A stretch of 64,000 bases of DNA from an uncultured Gemmatimonadales bacterium (GCA_963779755.1 CAVZZO010000003.1:1312001-1376000); one strand, 5' to 3'; positions 10,201 to 19,567 are shown, numbered from the stretch's first letter. Made by a program: numbers and translations. The notes: generated from the letters alone by a model not told the origin.

Positions 10201-10349
10201 GCGATGACCGAACCGCTGATTTCGCACCCCAGCAGGTACAGGGTGCGGGCGACGACGGTGCGGGTCTTGCCCGTACCGGCGCCGGCCGAGACCAGCACGT
10301 GCCGGTCGGCGGCCAGCGCGATGGCCAACTGCTCCGGGGTCAGGTTCAT
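7230..10349 (-). CDS. addA: UvrD/AddA-like helicase-nuclease subunit
   Basis: Walker A AGAGTGKT, TFTNRAA, DEFQD, VGDAKQSIYRFR, HSAKGLE, YVAATRAR; C-terminal IDL...DVKT nuclease; start ATG 10349. Confidence 0.85.
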   Translation of the reverse strand: MNLTPEQLAIALAADRHVLVSAGAGTGKTRTVVARTLYLLGCEISGSVIAQPLPLRRLAAITFTNRAAADLQEKLRDALRQAGRPEVAWEVDTARIGTIHRFCGEVLREFALRRGRPPVGEVLEEGIAAALASDVARETLLDALDSDTTPGLGALLAEHPVSKVLDYVAALLAESDRLQQLQPASAGDEGAQALLALAREAVGRLITRLEERGAVDFDRMIVWTRDLLRDDIAARRMLQRRIHTLIVDEFQDVDPVQREIAYLLGEPASRRADTTRLLLVGDAKQSIYRFRRADVTVWRAVERDFRQDETGLVLPLTENFRSTASILGFVESTLGRLLDRPLEGEALRDFEVPFEPLHPGTSEQQGGLPVELIAVPPDAEGEAPRTDVVRMIEAEAVARRARALHHEEGVRWGDMALLFTSWGSVDLFQEALQRVGARTYLLRTEGFFQRREVVDLIVALEAIRDPSDDRAVMGFLRSPFVGLRDETLLDIARQARSPVWRHLGAVTVGEAERLREGTALLEQFAALRDRLPPDELLQALLDASGYVAHLALLGEGRAQAIANLRKFVRMARGARQGGLGEFLQAIRDMRGRHDRVGDAPLHGDRDDVVTLTSIHSAKGLEWDVVFWCDLTRQVGVSSRQDLLVGRDRLALKSPEVRSRDAPQEWQDIQQAIEAEEQAEARRLWYVAATRARRRLVISGLALGKRKGGGTDPSRQLLSVLPGTPWEDGQALSVGLGASPVQAVVHLARGAAAKAGAEPEPAPLGDPASLAGPLEPVAGPVGRGRHSASEFLVWSRCQTRHWFKYVLGVREPEVDRGTPEFLDAVTRGLIVHDVLEHLRVEDELDQLLADAIGRWDEDHPPPDSPQGEASRRALREEITLVSENPAYRAVDDLPGSRRELPFLRLDGPAIVFQGAIDLAAPEGDHLVLLDVKTSRCDETGAAAKARQYAPQRDVYVSSAQALAGLPVGRFAFQFSRAGVQVSEELDAAARGEMAARLRTWLERLGGGAPALTDHPHECRFCGYRRPGWCPGAVRKGESPA

Positions 10350-13300
10350 CGGAACTTGTCCACCGGGCCGCCCTTCACCCGGCAAATGTCGCGGGCGTGG
10401 CAGAAGGGGGGGCAGCCGCAGGATGGGGCGGGATCGGCGGGGTACTCGCCCGCGCGGACCCGCTGCACGTGCCGGACCGCGGCATCGAGGGCGTGCTCCA
10501 GGCGCTCGGCACCCTCGCGACAATGCACCAGGGCCCGGCTCTTCGCGTCGATCTCGTAGAGTTGCAGTGTGTGCACCGCCTCGCCCTGTTTCAGGGCGCG
10601 GTATTCCACCCGGGAGACCTTGCGGCCCGCCTCCAGGCGGGTGAGCGCATGGGCATAGAGCGGCACCTGCAGCACGACGTCATCCTCCCAGCCCTTCTTG
10701 TCTCCTCCCGCAGTCGCGCCGTACTTGCTGGTCTTGTAGTCGACCGCCGCGACGAATGCATCGGGGTCGGCCACGCGGTCGTCGATGCCGTGCTCCACCC
10801 GGTCGATGGAGCCGCGATAGCGGAACCGCACGCCGTTGCGCTCCAGCTCGATTCCATCGAAAACCAGCTCGTGCCCGGTGACGGCGGTCCGCAGGATCCG
10901 CGGCGCGTTCCGCTTGCTCCGGGCGAACATGTCCTCGTGCTCCGCCGCCTCGGCGCGGAGGTGGCGCGCCAGAATGCGGGCCAGCTCATCGCGCTTGGGG
11001 CCGCGGAGGGGGGCGGTGCCCAGCCAGTGGCCCGGCTCGGCCGCGGCGAGCGCGGCATCGAGGGACTGCTCCAGGAGCGGGAGCGCCCATTCCAGATCGG
11101 CATCGCGCAGGAAGACCGGCCCGCCCCCGCGGGCCTCCGCCGCGGCAAAGAAGCGCGCCAGCGCGTCGTGCAGCACGCTCCCCCCGGTGGCGGGGTCCAT
11201 TTCGTCATCCGGGTCTTCCAGCAGCTCGAGGCGGAGCAGGCGCTGGGAAAACCATGCCCAGGGGCACTTGGCGAAGGACTCGAGCTGGGTCGGACTCCAG
11301 AGATAGTCGTCGCCGTAGCGCTCTTCCAGCCAGGCGCGCAGCAGCGGATCGGCCACCTGGCCGTTCCAGGGGCTCAGGCGTCCGGTCTCCCGCTCGCGCT
11401 CGACGGCGGCGCCGTGCGCCGCCCGCTCGCGAGCCGCGGCGTCCTGAAAGAGGGGCACCCCGGGCGTCAGAATGCGGTAGGCCTCGATCTCTTCCTGATC
11501 GATCTCCGCGGCATCGCGGATCGCCTCGACAAAGGCGGAGCCCAGAACTTCGGCCCCGCGGTCGTCCAGCCGGGCATAGCTCAGGGTGAGCCGCTCGCGG
11601 GCGCCGGCCACCAGCAGGCGGAAGAGGCTCCGCTCCCGCGCGTCCCAGGCCTCCGCCGGATCGAGCGGCAGCCCGGCCTCCCGCAGCAGGGCCCGGTCGG
11701 GCTCGTCCAGGATGGGCGACTGCGGCACGCGCGCGGGGAACTGGCCCGACTCCATGCCGACCAGAAAGATGTGATCGAACTCGCGGTAGGCCGCGGCAAG
11801 TCCTTCCAGCACCGTCACCCCGCGCGCGGCCGTGGTCCAAAGCGCGGCATCGCCGGCCAGCAGCTCGCGCAGCCGCTCGTTGAACCGGGCGGCATCGAGC
11901 CGTTCGCCGCCGTCGCCCCACCGCTCCAGGGCGGTGTGCCACTCGCCCACGATCTGGCTCAGGCCGCGCCAGCCGGTCGCGTCGCGGCGGGCGAGCAGCC
12001 AGGCTCCGGCCGGGACGTCGTAGATCCGCCGGCGGGCAATGCTCCAGGGATCGTCCTCGAGAAATCGCGCCAGCCAGCCGACCCAATCCTTGAGAGTCCG
12101 CGCGCTATCCAGCTCGCGTACCTGGGCGGCAAACCGCGTGAAGCGGGTGCGCGCCTCGGCGATCCACTCGGCCGGCGGGAGGGGCCGGCGGTGCCGGTCC
12201 GCGTCGTCGGGCTCCGCCTCGCGCGCCCGGGCTTCCGACTCCAGGGCGGACAGGGCGCGTTCCCAGCCGTCCAGACCGGAGACGCGCCGGCGGTACCCGA
12301 TGGTATTGAGAATCCGGGGATCGAGGCCGATGCGGATGTAGGGATGCTCGGCCAGTTCCAGCAGCACCCGGCGCGACCACCCGCCCGCGGCCGCGCTGAA
12401 CAGGGCCGCCACCGCGCGCACCACGGGGATCTCGGCGAAGGGCAGGCGCTGCCGGGCGGTGACGGGCAGGCCCAGCCGCCCCAGCGCCGCGGCGGCGAGA
12501 TCCACATGGGGCCGGGCCTTGCGGCTGACCACGGCGATCCGGTGCGGCGCCACGCCGCCATCCACCAGCGCCCGAATGCGACGCGCTACTTCTTCCGCCT
12601 CGCGTTCGGGATCGGGCGCGATAATGAGCCCGACACGCTCGCCGCCGCGCGGTGCGGGCGTGAACAGCCGGGACGCGAGCCGTTGGTCGTCCGGGAGGCG
12701 CGTGATCTTCGCGCCCAGGTCCTGCTCCTCCAGCAGCTCGTCGCCGGCGTAGACCAGGACGCGGTCCAGGGCGGGCGACGCGGCCAGGGCGCGAAGCAGC
12801 AGGCGCCAGCCGCCGCGCAGGTCGTGCAGGCCCACGATCCGGATCTCCCGCCTGCCGCCCAGGCTCGCCGCCAGGCTGCCGGGATCGGCGGCGATGCGGC
12901 GGGCGCAGTCGACCAGGCCGTCGCGGCCGTCCCGCCGGGTGTGTCCGCGCTCGTCGGGCTGGTCCAGGGCGGCGCAATAGCGGCGGTAGGCCTCGACCAG
13001 CTCCCGGTCGCGCCGGTGCTCGAAGGCGTCGCGGCGGGGCATCCGCGCCACGGCCGTCTGATAGTCGGCGGGCCGCACCCCCTCGACGATGAGCTCGCCG
13101 AACCAGCGGTCGACCGCCTCGACAAAATCGGCGACCCGCGCCACCCGGCCGAAGATCTCGCCCTTCTGGCCGCGGAGAACGTGATCAAGCAGGACCAGGC
13201 GCTCGTAGTCGCCCAGCGGCACCCGCTCCGAATGTCCCAGGCGGTCGGGTAGCTCGTGAAAAACACAGAGCGGCGGGTCGAACCAGCCCGGCACCCCGCG

Positions 13301-13540
13301 CGCAGCCGCCAGGGCGTAGAGGTCGTCGCGCAATCCGCCCTGCCGCAGCACCAGGAGGGAGGACGGAGAAGGAAACGGCTGCCCGGCAGTGCGCGGCAGG
13401 GCGCGCAGAAACTCCAGGGCGGCGTGCTCCAGCAGTCGCGCGGGCTCTGCCCCGATGACGAACACCAGGCGTTCAGTCATGGGGGGAAAATCGCGCGGGG
13501 ATGTGACAGTTGGAGACGAGCCGAAGAGGTCGAATTGCAT
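10346..13540 (-). CDS. addB: AddB-like subunit: inactive helicase domain plus PD-(D/E)XK nuclease with Fe-S cysteines
   Basis: SPTQLESFAKCP, RGSIDRV, VDYKT, QVPLY and C-terminal CPPFC..RDIC; start uncertain (13540 or 13480); coupled to addA by ATGA. Confidence 0.8.
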   Translation of the reverse strand: MQFDLFGSSPTVTSPRDFPPMTERLVFVIGAEPARLLEHAALEFLRALPRTAGQPFPSPSSLLVLRQGGLRDDLYALAAARGVPGWFDPPLCVFHELPDRLGHSERVPLGDYERLVLLDHVLRGQKGEIFGRVARVADFVEAVDRWFGELIVEGVRPADYQTAVARMPRRDAFEHRRDRELVEAYRRYCAALDQPDERGHTRRDGRDGLVDCARRIAADPGSLAASLGGRREIRIVGLHDLRGGWRLLLRALAASPALDRVLVYAGDELLEEQDLGAKITRLPDDQRLASRLFTPAPRGGERVGLIIAPDPEREAEEVARRIRALVDGGVAPHRIAVVSRKARPHVDLAAAALGRLGLPVTARQRLPFAEIPVVRAVAALFSAAAGGWSRRVLLELAEHPYIRIGLDPRILNTIGYRRRVSGLDGWERALSALESEARAREAEPDDADRHRRPLPPAEWIAEARTRFTRFAAQVRELDSARTLKDWVGWLARFLEDDPWSIARRRIYDVPAGAWLLARRDATGWRGLSQIVGEWHTALERWGDGGERLDAARFNERLRELLAGDAALWTTAARGVTVLEGLAAAYREFDHIFLVGMESGQFPARVPQSPILDEPDRALLREAGLPLDPAEAWDARERSLFRLLVAGARERLTLSYARLDDRGAEVLGSAFVEAIRDAAEIDQEEIEAYRILTPGVPLFQDAAARERAAHGAAVERERETGRLSPWNGQVADPLLRAWLEERYGDDYLWSPTQLESFAKCPWAWFSQRLLRLELLEDPDDEMDPATGGSVLHDALARFFAAAEARGGGPVFLRDADLEWALPLLEQSLDAALAAAEPGHWLGTAPLRGPKRDELARILARHLRAEAAEHEDMFARSKRNAPRILRTAVTGHELVFDGIELERNGVRFRYRGSIDRVEHGIDDRVADPDAFVAAVDYKTSKYGATAGGDKKGWEDDVVLQVPLYAHALTRLEAGRKVSRVEYRALKQGEAVHTLQLYEIDAKSRALVHCREGAERLEHALDAAVRHVQRVRAGEYPADPAPSCGCPPFCHARDICRVKGGPVDKFR

Positions 13541-13551
13541 ACGCTGGAAAG

Positions 13552-13665
13552 GTAAGGCGTACGGCGCGGGGCGTAAGGCTGACCGGTCCCGGTACACCTC
13601 ACGCCTCACGGCCTACGCCTTACGCCTCACGCCTCACGCCTCACCCCTCACCCTTCACCCCTCAC
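13552..13665. repeat. Inverted pair of 7-bp tandem repeats (TAAGGCG ... CCTCACG)
   Basis: Left arm units are the reverse complement of right arm units. Confidence 0.8.
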
Positions 13666-13683
13666 TCCCCTCCATCCGGCCTC

Positions 13684-15318
13684 TCATTCGTAGGCCGGCA
13701 CATACATCCGCTCCTCCACCCACGCCTCCAGATCGTCCGGCAATGCCAGATCGCTGAGCCCATCATTGATGGCCTCGCGTATCACGGCCGCCGCGATCCG
13801 GCGGGAGATGGGGCGGATCTGCACCAGCGGCGGCAGCACGGCGCCCGCGCGCAAGTCCTCTTCCGAAACCGCGCTGGCAAGCACCCGGGCGGCGGCATGG
13901 AACATGGCATCGGTGACTCGCCGAGCCCCCGCCAGAGTGACTCCCAGGCCGAGACCGGGGAAGATATAGGCATTGTTGGCCTGGCGAGGCTCGAACCGGC
14001 GCCCGTCGAACTGTACCGGATCGAAGGGGCTGCCGGAGGCGAAGATCGCCCGGCCGCCGGACCATTGGTACGCCTGTGCCGCGGTGCATTCCGCGCGCGA
14101 AGTAGGATTGGAAAGCGCGAAGATGCCGGGCCGTTCCTGAATTGAGGCCAGGGTCTCGATCACCGGCTGGCTGAAGCTCCCGGCCTGGGTGGACAGGCCG
14201 ATCAGGGTGGTCGGCCGGAGCTCCCTGATGGCGTCGCCCAGATCCGTAAGCGGCGAGTGGCCATGCGCGAAGGGCCGTTTATGCGGCGCCAGGTCGGTCC
14301 GCTCGGCCGTGACCAGCCCATGGGAGTCCATGAACCAGCAGCGGCTCAGCGCTTCCCCACCCGAGAGGCCGGCGTCCTGCATGGCCGAGACGATCAGCGA
14401 GGCGACGCCGGTGGCGGAGGCGCCCGCGCCGTAGAACAGGAGGGTCTGCCGGTCGAGCGACAGGCCCGAAATACGCCCGGAGGCGAGCAGCGCCGAGAGG
14501 ACGACGGCGGCGGTGCCCTGGACGTCGTCGTTGAAGGTGCAGATCCGGTCGCGATAGCGCCGGAGCAGCTGGAAGGCGTTCTCGGTGGCGAAGTCCTCGA
14601 ACTGGAGCAGCACTCCGGGCCAGGCGGCCTGCACCGCCTCGACGAACTCGTCCAGGAGCGACTCGTAGGCCTCGCCGCGGAGCCGCTCGCGCCGCAACCC
14701 GGTGTACAGCGGATCGGCCAGCAGCTCGCGGTTGTTGGTGCCCACGTCCAGCATGATCGGCAGACAGCCCGCGGGCGGCACTCCGGCGCAGGCGGTGTAG
14801 AGCGCCAGCTTGCCGATGGGGATGCCCATGCCGTATGCCCCCAGATCACCCAGCCCCAGGATCCGCTCGCCGTCGGTCACCACGATGACCCGGACCTCTT
14901 CCTCCGGCCAGTTCTCCAGCACCCGGGCGATGCGACCGCGGTCTTCGACCGAGAGATAGAGTCCTCGCGGGCGGCGGAAAATATGCCCGAACCTGGCGCA
15001 GGCTTCGCCCACCGTCGGGGTATAGATGATGGGCATCAGCCCGGTGAGATTGTCCATTACGAAGCGATAGAACAGCGTCTCGTTCCGGTCCTGCAGGCCC
15101 ACCAGAAAGATGTATTTCTCGAGATCGTTGGGCTTGGCTTCGAAGTTCCGCCGGATGCGCGCCAGCTGTTCTTCGATCGTAAACACCCGGGGTGGGAGCA
15201 GGCCGCGCAGGCCGTACGCGTCCCGCTCCTCCTCGGTGAATGCGGTGCCCTTGTTATGCCGGGGGTCGTGCAGGAGGTCGGGCCCGAGGAGAACGGGCGC
15301 GGTGCGATGCATAGTCAT
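13684..15318 (-). CDS. maeA: NAD-dependent malic enzyme
   Basis: NKGTAF, YTPTVG, TDGERILGLGDLG, QFEDF, FNDDVQGT, ALSNPT; probable leaderless start (TACGAT 6 nt before ATG 15318). Confidence 0.92.
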   Translation of the reverse strand: MTMHRTAPVLLGPDLLHDPRHNKGTAFTEEERDAYGLRGLLPPRVFTIEEQLARIRRNFEAKPNDLEKYIFLVGLQDRNETLFYRFVMDNLTGLMPIIYTPTVGEACARFGHIFRRPRGLYLSVEDRGRIARVLENWPEEEVRVIVVTDGERILGLGDLGAYGMGIPIGKLALYTACAGVPPAGCLPIMLDVGTNNRELLADPLYTGLRRERLRGEAYESLLDEFVEAVQAAWPGVLLQFEDFATENAFQLLRRYRDRICTFNDDVQGTAAVVLSALLASGRISGLSLDRQTLLFYGAGASATGVASLIVSAMQDAGLSGGEALSRCWFMDSHGLVTAERTDLAPHKRPFAHGHSPLTDLGDAIRELRPTTLIGLSTQAGSFSQPVIETLASIQERPGIFALSNPTSRAECTAAQAYQWSGGRAIFASGSPFDPVQFDGRRFEPRQANNAYIFPGLGLGVTLAGARRVTDAMFHAAARVLASAVSEEDLRAGAVLPPLVQIRPISRRIAAAVIREAINDGLSDLALPDDLEAWVEERMYVPAYE

Positions 15319-15475
15319 ACTGGGATCGTAGCCGACCGGTTCTGACCGCTTCATGAAGCGGACCTGAAGCGATCTTCAGAATGGACGGCGCTCGAGGCGG
15401 GAGCCGGCCCCGCGACACGCTCGGCCCCCTCGACCACGGGTGAGTGGTCGAGAGGGTCGAGGGGGGCGAGGCCCG

Positions 15476-16309
15476 CTACAGCTTCTTCGGCGGGCCCGCC
15501 GGCTGCGCGGGCATCGGGGCGGCGTGCCAGCTCATGAAGCTGGGCCGGTGCGCGGTCCAGGAGAGCGCGACCTTCTTCTGCTTCCGCATGACCTGGGCCG
15601 TGACCTTCTCACCCTCGGCGTAAGAGGCGAGGATGCGGTTGGCGTGATCCACCGACTGGACGGTGCGCCCGTCAATGGAAAGGATGACGTCGCCCGCCTT
15701 GAGAGGCAGGGTCGAATCGGGCGGGGTGGCGAGCACCAGCACACCCTGGTCGGTGCCGAAGTACTGCCCCAGGTCGGCGTTCATGCCGGCCAGCTCCAGG
15801 CCGCCCATCCGGCGCATCAGCATGCCGAACGCGCCCGGCAGTTCGCCCGACATGCCGGGCTCGGGAGTCCGCATCTGAAACCGTTGCATCTCGGGCATGC
15901 GGAAGGTGAACGTGCCGGGCAGCTCGCGAGCCACCACCACGGCGGTGCCGCTCTTGCCGTCGCGCCGGTACTCCAGCCGGGCGGTATCGCCCACTTCGAG
16001 CTGCTGCGCCAGCTCGACCAGTTTCTGGCCCGGCCCGCCCTCGGCGCCGGCCAGGGGAGTGCCGTTGAAGCGGGTGATGATGTCGCCCGCCTGGAGCCCG
16101 GCCTCATCGGCGGGGCTGTCCGGCAGGACCGAGGCGATTTCGGCGCCCAGCGAATCGCGGCCGGCCTGGGGACGCATGTTGACCGTCACACCCAGCCGCG
16201 GATGGCCGGCCGCCTGGTACATCATTCGCATCTGTCCCTGCTGGGCGGCGAGCCCGGCAGGGACGGCAAACAGAGCCGCGGTCGCGGCCAGCAGCAGTGA
16301 ACGTCGCAT
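15476..16309 (-). CDS. Secreted protein with two PDZ domains and no protease domain
   Basis: Signal peptide; RLGV, SPADEAGLQAGDII and LKAGDVILSIDG PDZ repeats. Confidence 0.85.
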   Translation of the reverse strand: MRRSLLLAATAALFAVPAGLAAQQGQMRMMYQAAGHPRLGVTVNMRPQAGRDSLGAEIASVLPDSPADEAGLQAGDIITRFNGTPLAGAEGGPGQKLVELAQQLEVGDTARLEYRRDGKSGTAVVVARELPGTFTFRMPEMQRFQMRTPEPGMSGELPGAFGMLMRRMGGLELAGMNADLGQYFGTDQGVLVLATPPDSTLPLKAGDVILSIDGRTVQSVDHANRILASYAEGEKVTAQVMRKQKKVALSWTAHRPSFMSWHAAPMPAQPAGPPKKL

Positions 16310-16595
16310 AACATGTCGCTCCCGGAGGGGTTCATCTGGGAGGATGCCGGGGCCGGAGCGAGGGTCGCATGAGCCCGGGTTCCACGCGCAGCGGGTAGAC
16401 TATCCGGAGCGTACCCGGAAGTCGGTGGTGCGCCGGGGCTGCACCCGCCGGTCGGGTGGAGACGATGCGGGAACGGGGAGTGCCGGAGCGGCGCGCCACG
16501 CCTGGCAGAGCTCCGCGGCAAGGTGGGGATGAAAGGAAAAGCGTCGCCGGCGACCGGGGCCGGTCACCAGCGACGGAGCAGATCCGGGACTGCGG

Positions 16596-16787
16596 CTACT
16601 TCTTTCGCGCGGGCTTGCGGCGGCGCCGGGCGGCGGCGGCTTCCTTGGCCTTCCGTGCCTCGCTGGGCTTCAGATAGTAGCGCTTCTGCCGCAGATCGCG
16701 GAGGATGCCGGACTTCTGGACCTTGCGCTTGAACGCGCGCAGCGCGGCATCGAAGCGATCGCCCTCGTGGATTTCGATCTCGGCCAT
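16596..16787 (-). CDS. rpsU: 30S ribosomal protein S21
   Basis: ALRAFKRKV..SGIL.DLR....YLKPSE motif, 63 aa. Confidence 0.95.
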   Translation of the reverse strand: MAEIEIHEGDRFDAALRAFKRKVQKSGILRDLRQKRYYLKPSEARKAKEAAAARRRRKPARKK

Positions 16788-16893
16788 AACTCTTCCTGGG
16801 ATATTTGGGGGATCTCCCCGTCCTGACCCTGCCGGGGCCGTCCCGTGCGAAGCTCCGGACGGCCCCGCGTTCCGGCGTCGCGAACCGCGGCGC

Positions 16894-17106
16894 TCAGGCG
16901 CCGACTTTCACCACGTTCTGCGCGGCCGGGCCCTTCTGCCCCTGTACGATGTCGAATTCGACCTTGTCGCCCTCTGCCAGCGACTTGAAGCCCGTGCCCT
17001 GGATGGCGCTGTGATGAACGAAGCAGTCCTTCGAGCCGTCCTCCGGAGTGATGAACCCGAAGCCCTTGGCGTCATTGAACCACTTCACGGTGCCGGTGGT
17101 ACGCAT
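16894..17106 (-). CDS. csp: Cold-shock protein (CspA family)
   Basis: GTVKWFN, KGFGFI (RNP1) and FVHHSAI (RNP2). Confidence 0.97.
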   Translation of the reverse strand: MRTTGTVKWFNDAKGFGFITPEDGSKDCFVHHSAIQGTGFKSLAEGDKVEFDIVQGQKGPAAQNVVKVGA

Positions 17107-17302
17107 GTTTCCTGCTCCTTACTCGTGTTCCTGCCGGGGGAGTGCGGACACGCGCCGTACCGGCCGGGAGATCTCCGCGGCTCATGCGCCCCCGCGTCGG
17201 GCGTGCTGCATATGCTACGGGGACCGTGACAATTGCCACGGTCCCCGTGGTGTCCGCTGTCCCTGAAAGGCGCACAATGGGGCGCGCATTTTACTGGCCC
17301 CA

Positions 17303-17331
17303 ACGGTAGCTTCCGGCCTCTCAACTGTCAA
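17303..17331 (-). promoter_or_regulatory. Sigma-70 promoter of csp-rpsU, giving a ~190-nt 5' UTR
   Basis: TTGACA-N17-TACCGT on the minus strand. Confidence 0.7.
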
Positions 17332-17349
17332 GCTGGCACCCGTTTATGG

Positions 17350-19341
17350 TCACACCGACTGGAGGGTCAGCACCTGGAATGGGGCCAGCTCGAAGGGATG
17401 GGGTGTCCCCGCCTCCAGGGTGATCTCCAGCCTCCCCCTCTCGCCGTGCCAGGGGCTGCGGAAGCGGCAGTGGCAGGGAGCCTCCTGGGGCAGTTCCAGC
17501 GCGGTCTCGAGGTCGATCGCCAGGGTCTGCGGCCGGTCCGACGGGTTGCGCAGCACCAGAATACTGCGTCCGGGAGACCAGGCTGCATGCCCGTAGGGCT
17601 CGAGCCGGGCGGGGTCGCCGCCTACCCAGTGGCTGTCCAGCAGGGTTCCCGCGTTGGCCCGGGCCCAGCGGGCTCCCTCCGCCAGGACGTCCCAGTCGGA
17701 CTGGCCCAGCAGCGAGGGGGTGATATACATCTCCTGCAACTGGGTCCCGGTGCCGAAATAGGCCCGCACCTCGTCGGCAAAATCGTGGGCTGGGTCGGTG
17801 CTCAGGTTGTGGGCCGACCGGGCGAATATGAGCCCGTGCAGCATCAGGGAATTGAGGGGGAAGAGCGGCCCCTTCTGGACGATGCCGGCCCAGGTGTCGG
17901 CATCGCGATAGGTAATCCAGCGCTGCCGGTCGGTGCCGACCCCGGCAAAATCGTGATCTTCCCCGCCCCGCCAGATGGAATCCGCCGAGCGCAGGAAGAA
18001 GGGGGAGGGGTAGGTGCCGGTCGTGAGGTTGATGTAGATGTCCGGCTTCTGACGCCGGAGATCGGCGATCAGGGCCAGCATGGCGTCGAAGTCGCTGTCG
18101 AAGGCGCTCCCCGGGATCACGTGGGAGGCATTGCCCGTCCCGTCGAACTTGAACTGATTGACGCCATACTGCCGGATCATGTCCAGGCAGGTCTGGTGGA
18201 ACCGCTCGTAATAGCGGGGCCCCGAGAGGGCGAAGCCGCCGTTGATGACTTCGTAGCCCTGGGCCTGTCCGGCAGCGACGCGTTCCTGCCGCGGCTTGCC
18301 GTAACCGCCCCAGGGCGACAGCCACACCCCGGGGGCCGCCCCGTAGCTGGCCGCCGCCCGCTGCACCTTCTCAAAGCCGTCGGGGAAGCCGGCATGGAAA
18401 TGCCAGAGCGAGGCGGGATCGTCCCACCCGTCGTCAAAAAGGAAAGAGTCGAGCACGACGTTCCGCCGCCGGTGCAGCTCGGTGCCGAAAGCCGCAATCA
18501 CCGCCAGCGCCGCGACCTCGTCGTACTTGCTGAAGTATCCCAGGTCGTACCACGAGTTGTAGTGCAGGAAAGGCCGGTAGGGATGGGCGCGCTCCCGTTC
18601 GAGGTAGCCCAGGAAGTCCCGCCGCTGCTGCCCCGAACGCGCCACTCCGATCACCGACGAAAGAACCGCGGGCGCACCGGGCCGGAGCGGCAGCTCACGG
18701 GGCAGGAAGCAGCGGACCCGTCCCGTTTCCACGGTACTGGTACTGAGAGGATGTTCCATGCCAAGAAACCAGGAGCCGGCGACGACGGGGGACCCGCGCA
18801 CGCTACCGGCAACGGACGCACCCTCCACCTGGGCGTCGACCAGCACGATCTCCCGCACCGGGAGCTGGCCGGCGACCGCCTCCAGCCTCACCTCCTGCCG
18901 CAGGTAGCGAGATCCCCGCCGGAGTATCGCCCGCCACTCGGCCTGGAGCCGGCCCTCCCGGTCCGCCAAGGTGAGCGCCACGCCGCGGCCCGGCAGTTGT
19001 TCCGCGTAACGGGACGCGCGGGGATCGCCCTCCAGGGCGAAGACCCGGGGTTCTCCCTGCGCCTGCATCTCCGAAGAGACAATGCGCCCGCCATCCGGCA
19101 GCACGACCTGGAACGCGTCGCGCGGTAGCGGGAGCGCCACCGCTCCCGGCTTGTCCAGGATGCGACCACCGGTGAGCCTCCCGCCCGGGAAATCCCAGGA
19201 AGCACGGATCAGGTCGTTTTCCAGCGCCAGCAGTCCGTCCCGGCTCACCCGAATGCCCGGGGACCGGGTGAGCGCGGAATACCCCAGCGCGACAGCGCCG
19301 ATACTCGTCTGGTGGAGGAATTCCCGGCGGGAAAGATCCAT
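17350..19341 (-). CDS. Tat-exported glycoside hydrolase-like TIM-barrel protein ('enterotoxin'/alpha-galactosidase-like family)
   Basis: SRREFL twin-arginine signal; HYNSWYD, FLFDDGWDD, GVWLSPWGG and FKFDG motifs typical of clan GH-D barrels. Confidence 0.7.
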   Translation of the reverse strand: MDLSRREFLHQTSIGAVALGYSALTRSPGIRVSRDGLLALENDLIRASWDFPGGRLTGGRILDKPGAVALPLPRDAFQVVLPDGGRIVSSEMQAQGEPRVFALEGDPRASRYAEQLPGRGVALTLADREGRLQAEWRAILRRGSRYLRQEVRLEAVAGQLPVREIVLVDAQVEGASVAGSVRGSPVVAGSWFLGMEHPLSTSTVETGRVRCFLPRELPLRPGAPAVLSSVIGVARSGQQRRDFLGYLERERAHPYRPFLHYNSWYDLGYFSKYDEVAALAVIAAFGTELHRRRNVVLDSFLFDDGWDDPASLWHFHAGFPDGFEKVQRAAASYGAAPGVWLSPWGGYGKPRQERVAAGQAQGYEVINGGFALSGPRYYERFHQTCLDMIRQYGVNQFKFDGTGNASHVIPGSAFDSDFDAMLALIADLRRQKPDIYINLTTGTYPSPFFLRSADSIWRGGEDHDFAGVGTDRQRWITYRDADTWAGIVQKGPLFPLNSLMLHGLIFARSAHNLSTDPAHDFADEVRAYFGTGTQLQEMYITPSLLGQSDWDVLAEGARWARANAGTLLDSHWVGGDPARLEPYGHAAWSPGRSILVLRNPSDRPQTLAIDLETALELPQEAPCHCRFRSPWHGERGRLEITLEAGTPHPFELAPFQVLTLQSV

Positions 19342-19552
19342 GGCGATGGCAGTCTGCGAGTGAAGCGAATGGCACGGGTGCGGGTGCGGCAATCCCGGCA
19401 TGCAACTTATCACACCCAGGGCTTCAGGGCAGGCGGGACAGGCTGGCACATCACGTGGCGAGACTGCACGAATCGTTACGCCTGCGCGCCAACGTGACCT
19501 GGATCACACGCCATAAGTGCAAGCCACGGAATGGGCTGTCGGTGGCGCAACC

Positions 19553-19567
19553 GGGCACCTGTCTTGC
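19553..19567 (+). promoter_or_regulatory. Putative sigma-54 promoter
   Basis: GGGCACCTGTCTTGC fits GG-N10-GC, about 40 bp before the gene start. Confidence 0.45.

Noticed and set aside
10397..13252. 951-aa plus-strand ORF (likewise 2776-4404, 17233-19128, 50454-52325)
   Set aside because: Antisense shadows of well-supported genes, expected in high-GC DNA
7230..13540. Cas4 or anti-phage helicase-nuclease system
   Set aside because: Architecture and addB-addA order fit housekeeping AddAB; Cas4-like Cys/PD-(D/E)XK motifs are shared with AddB
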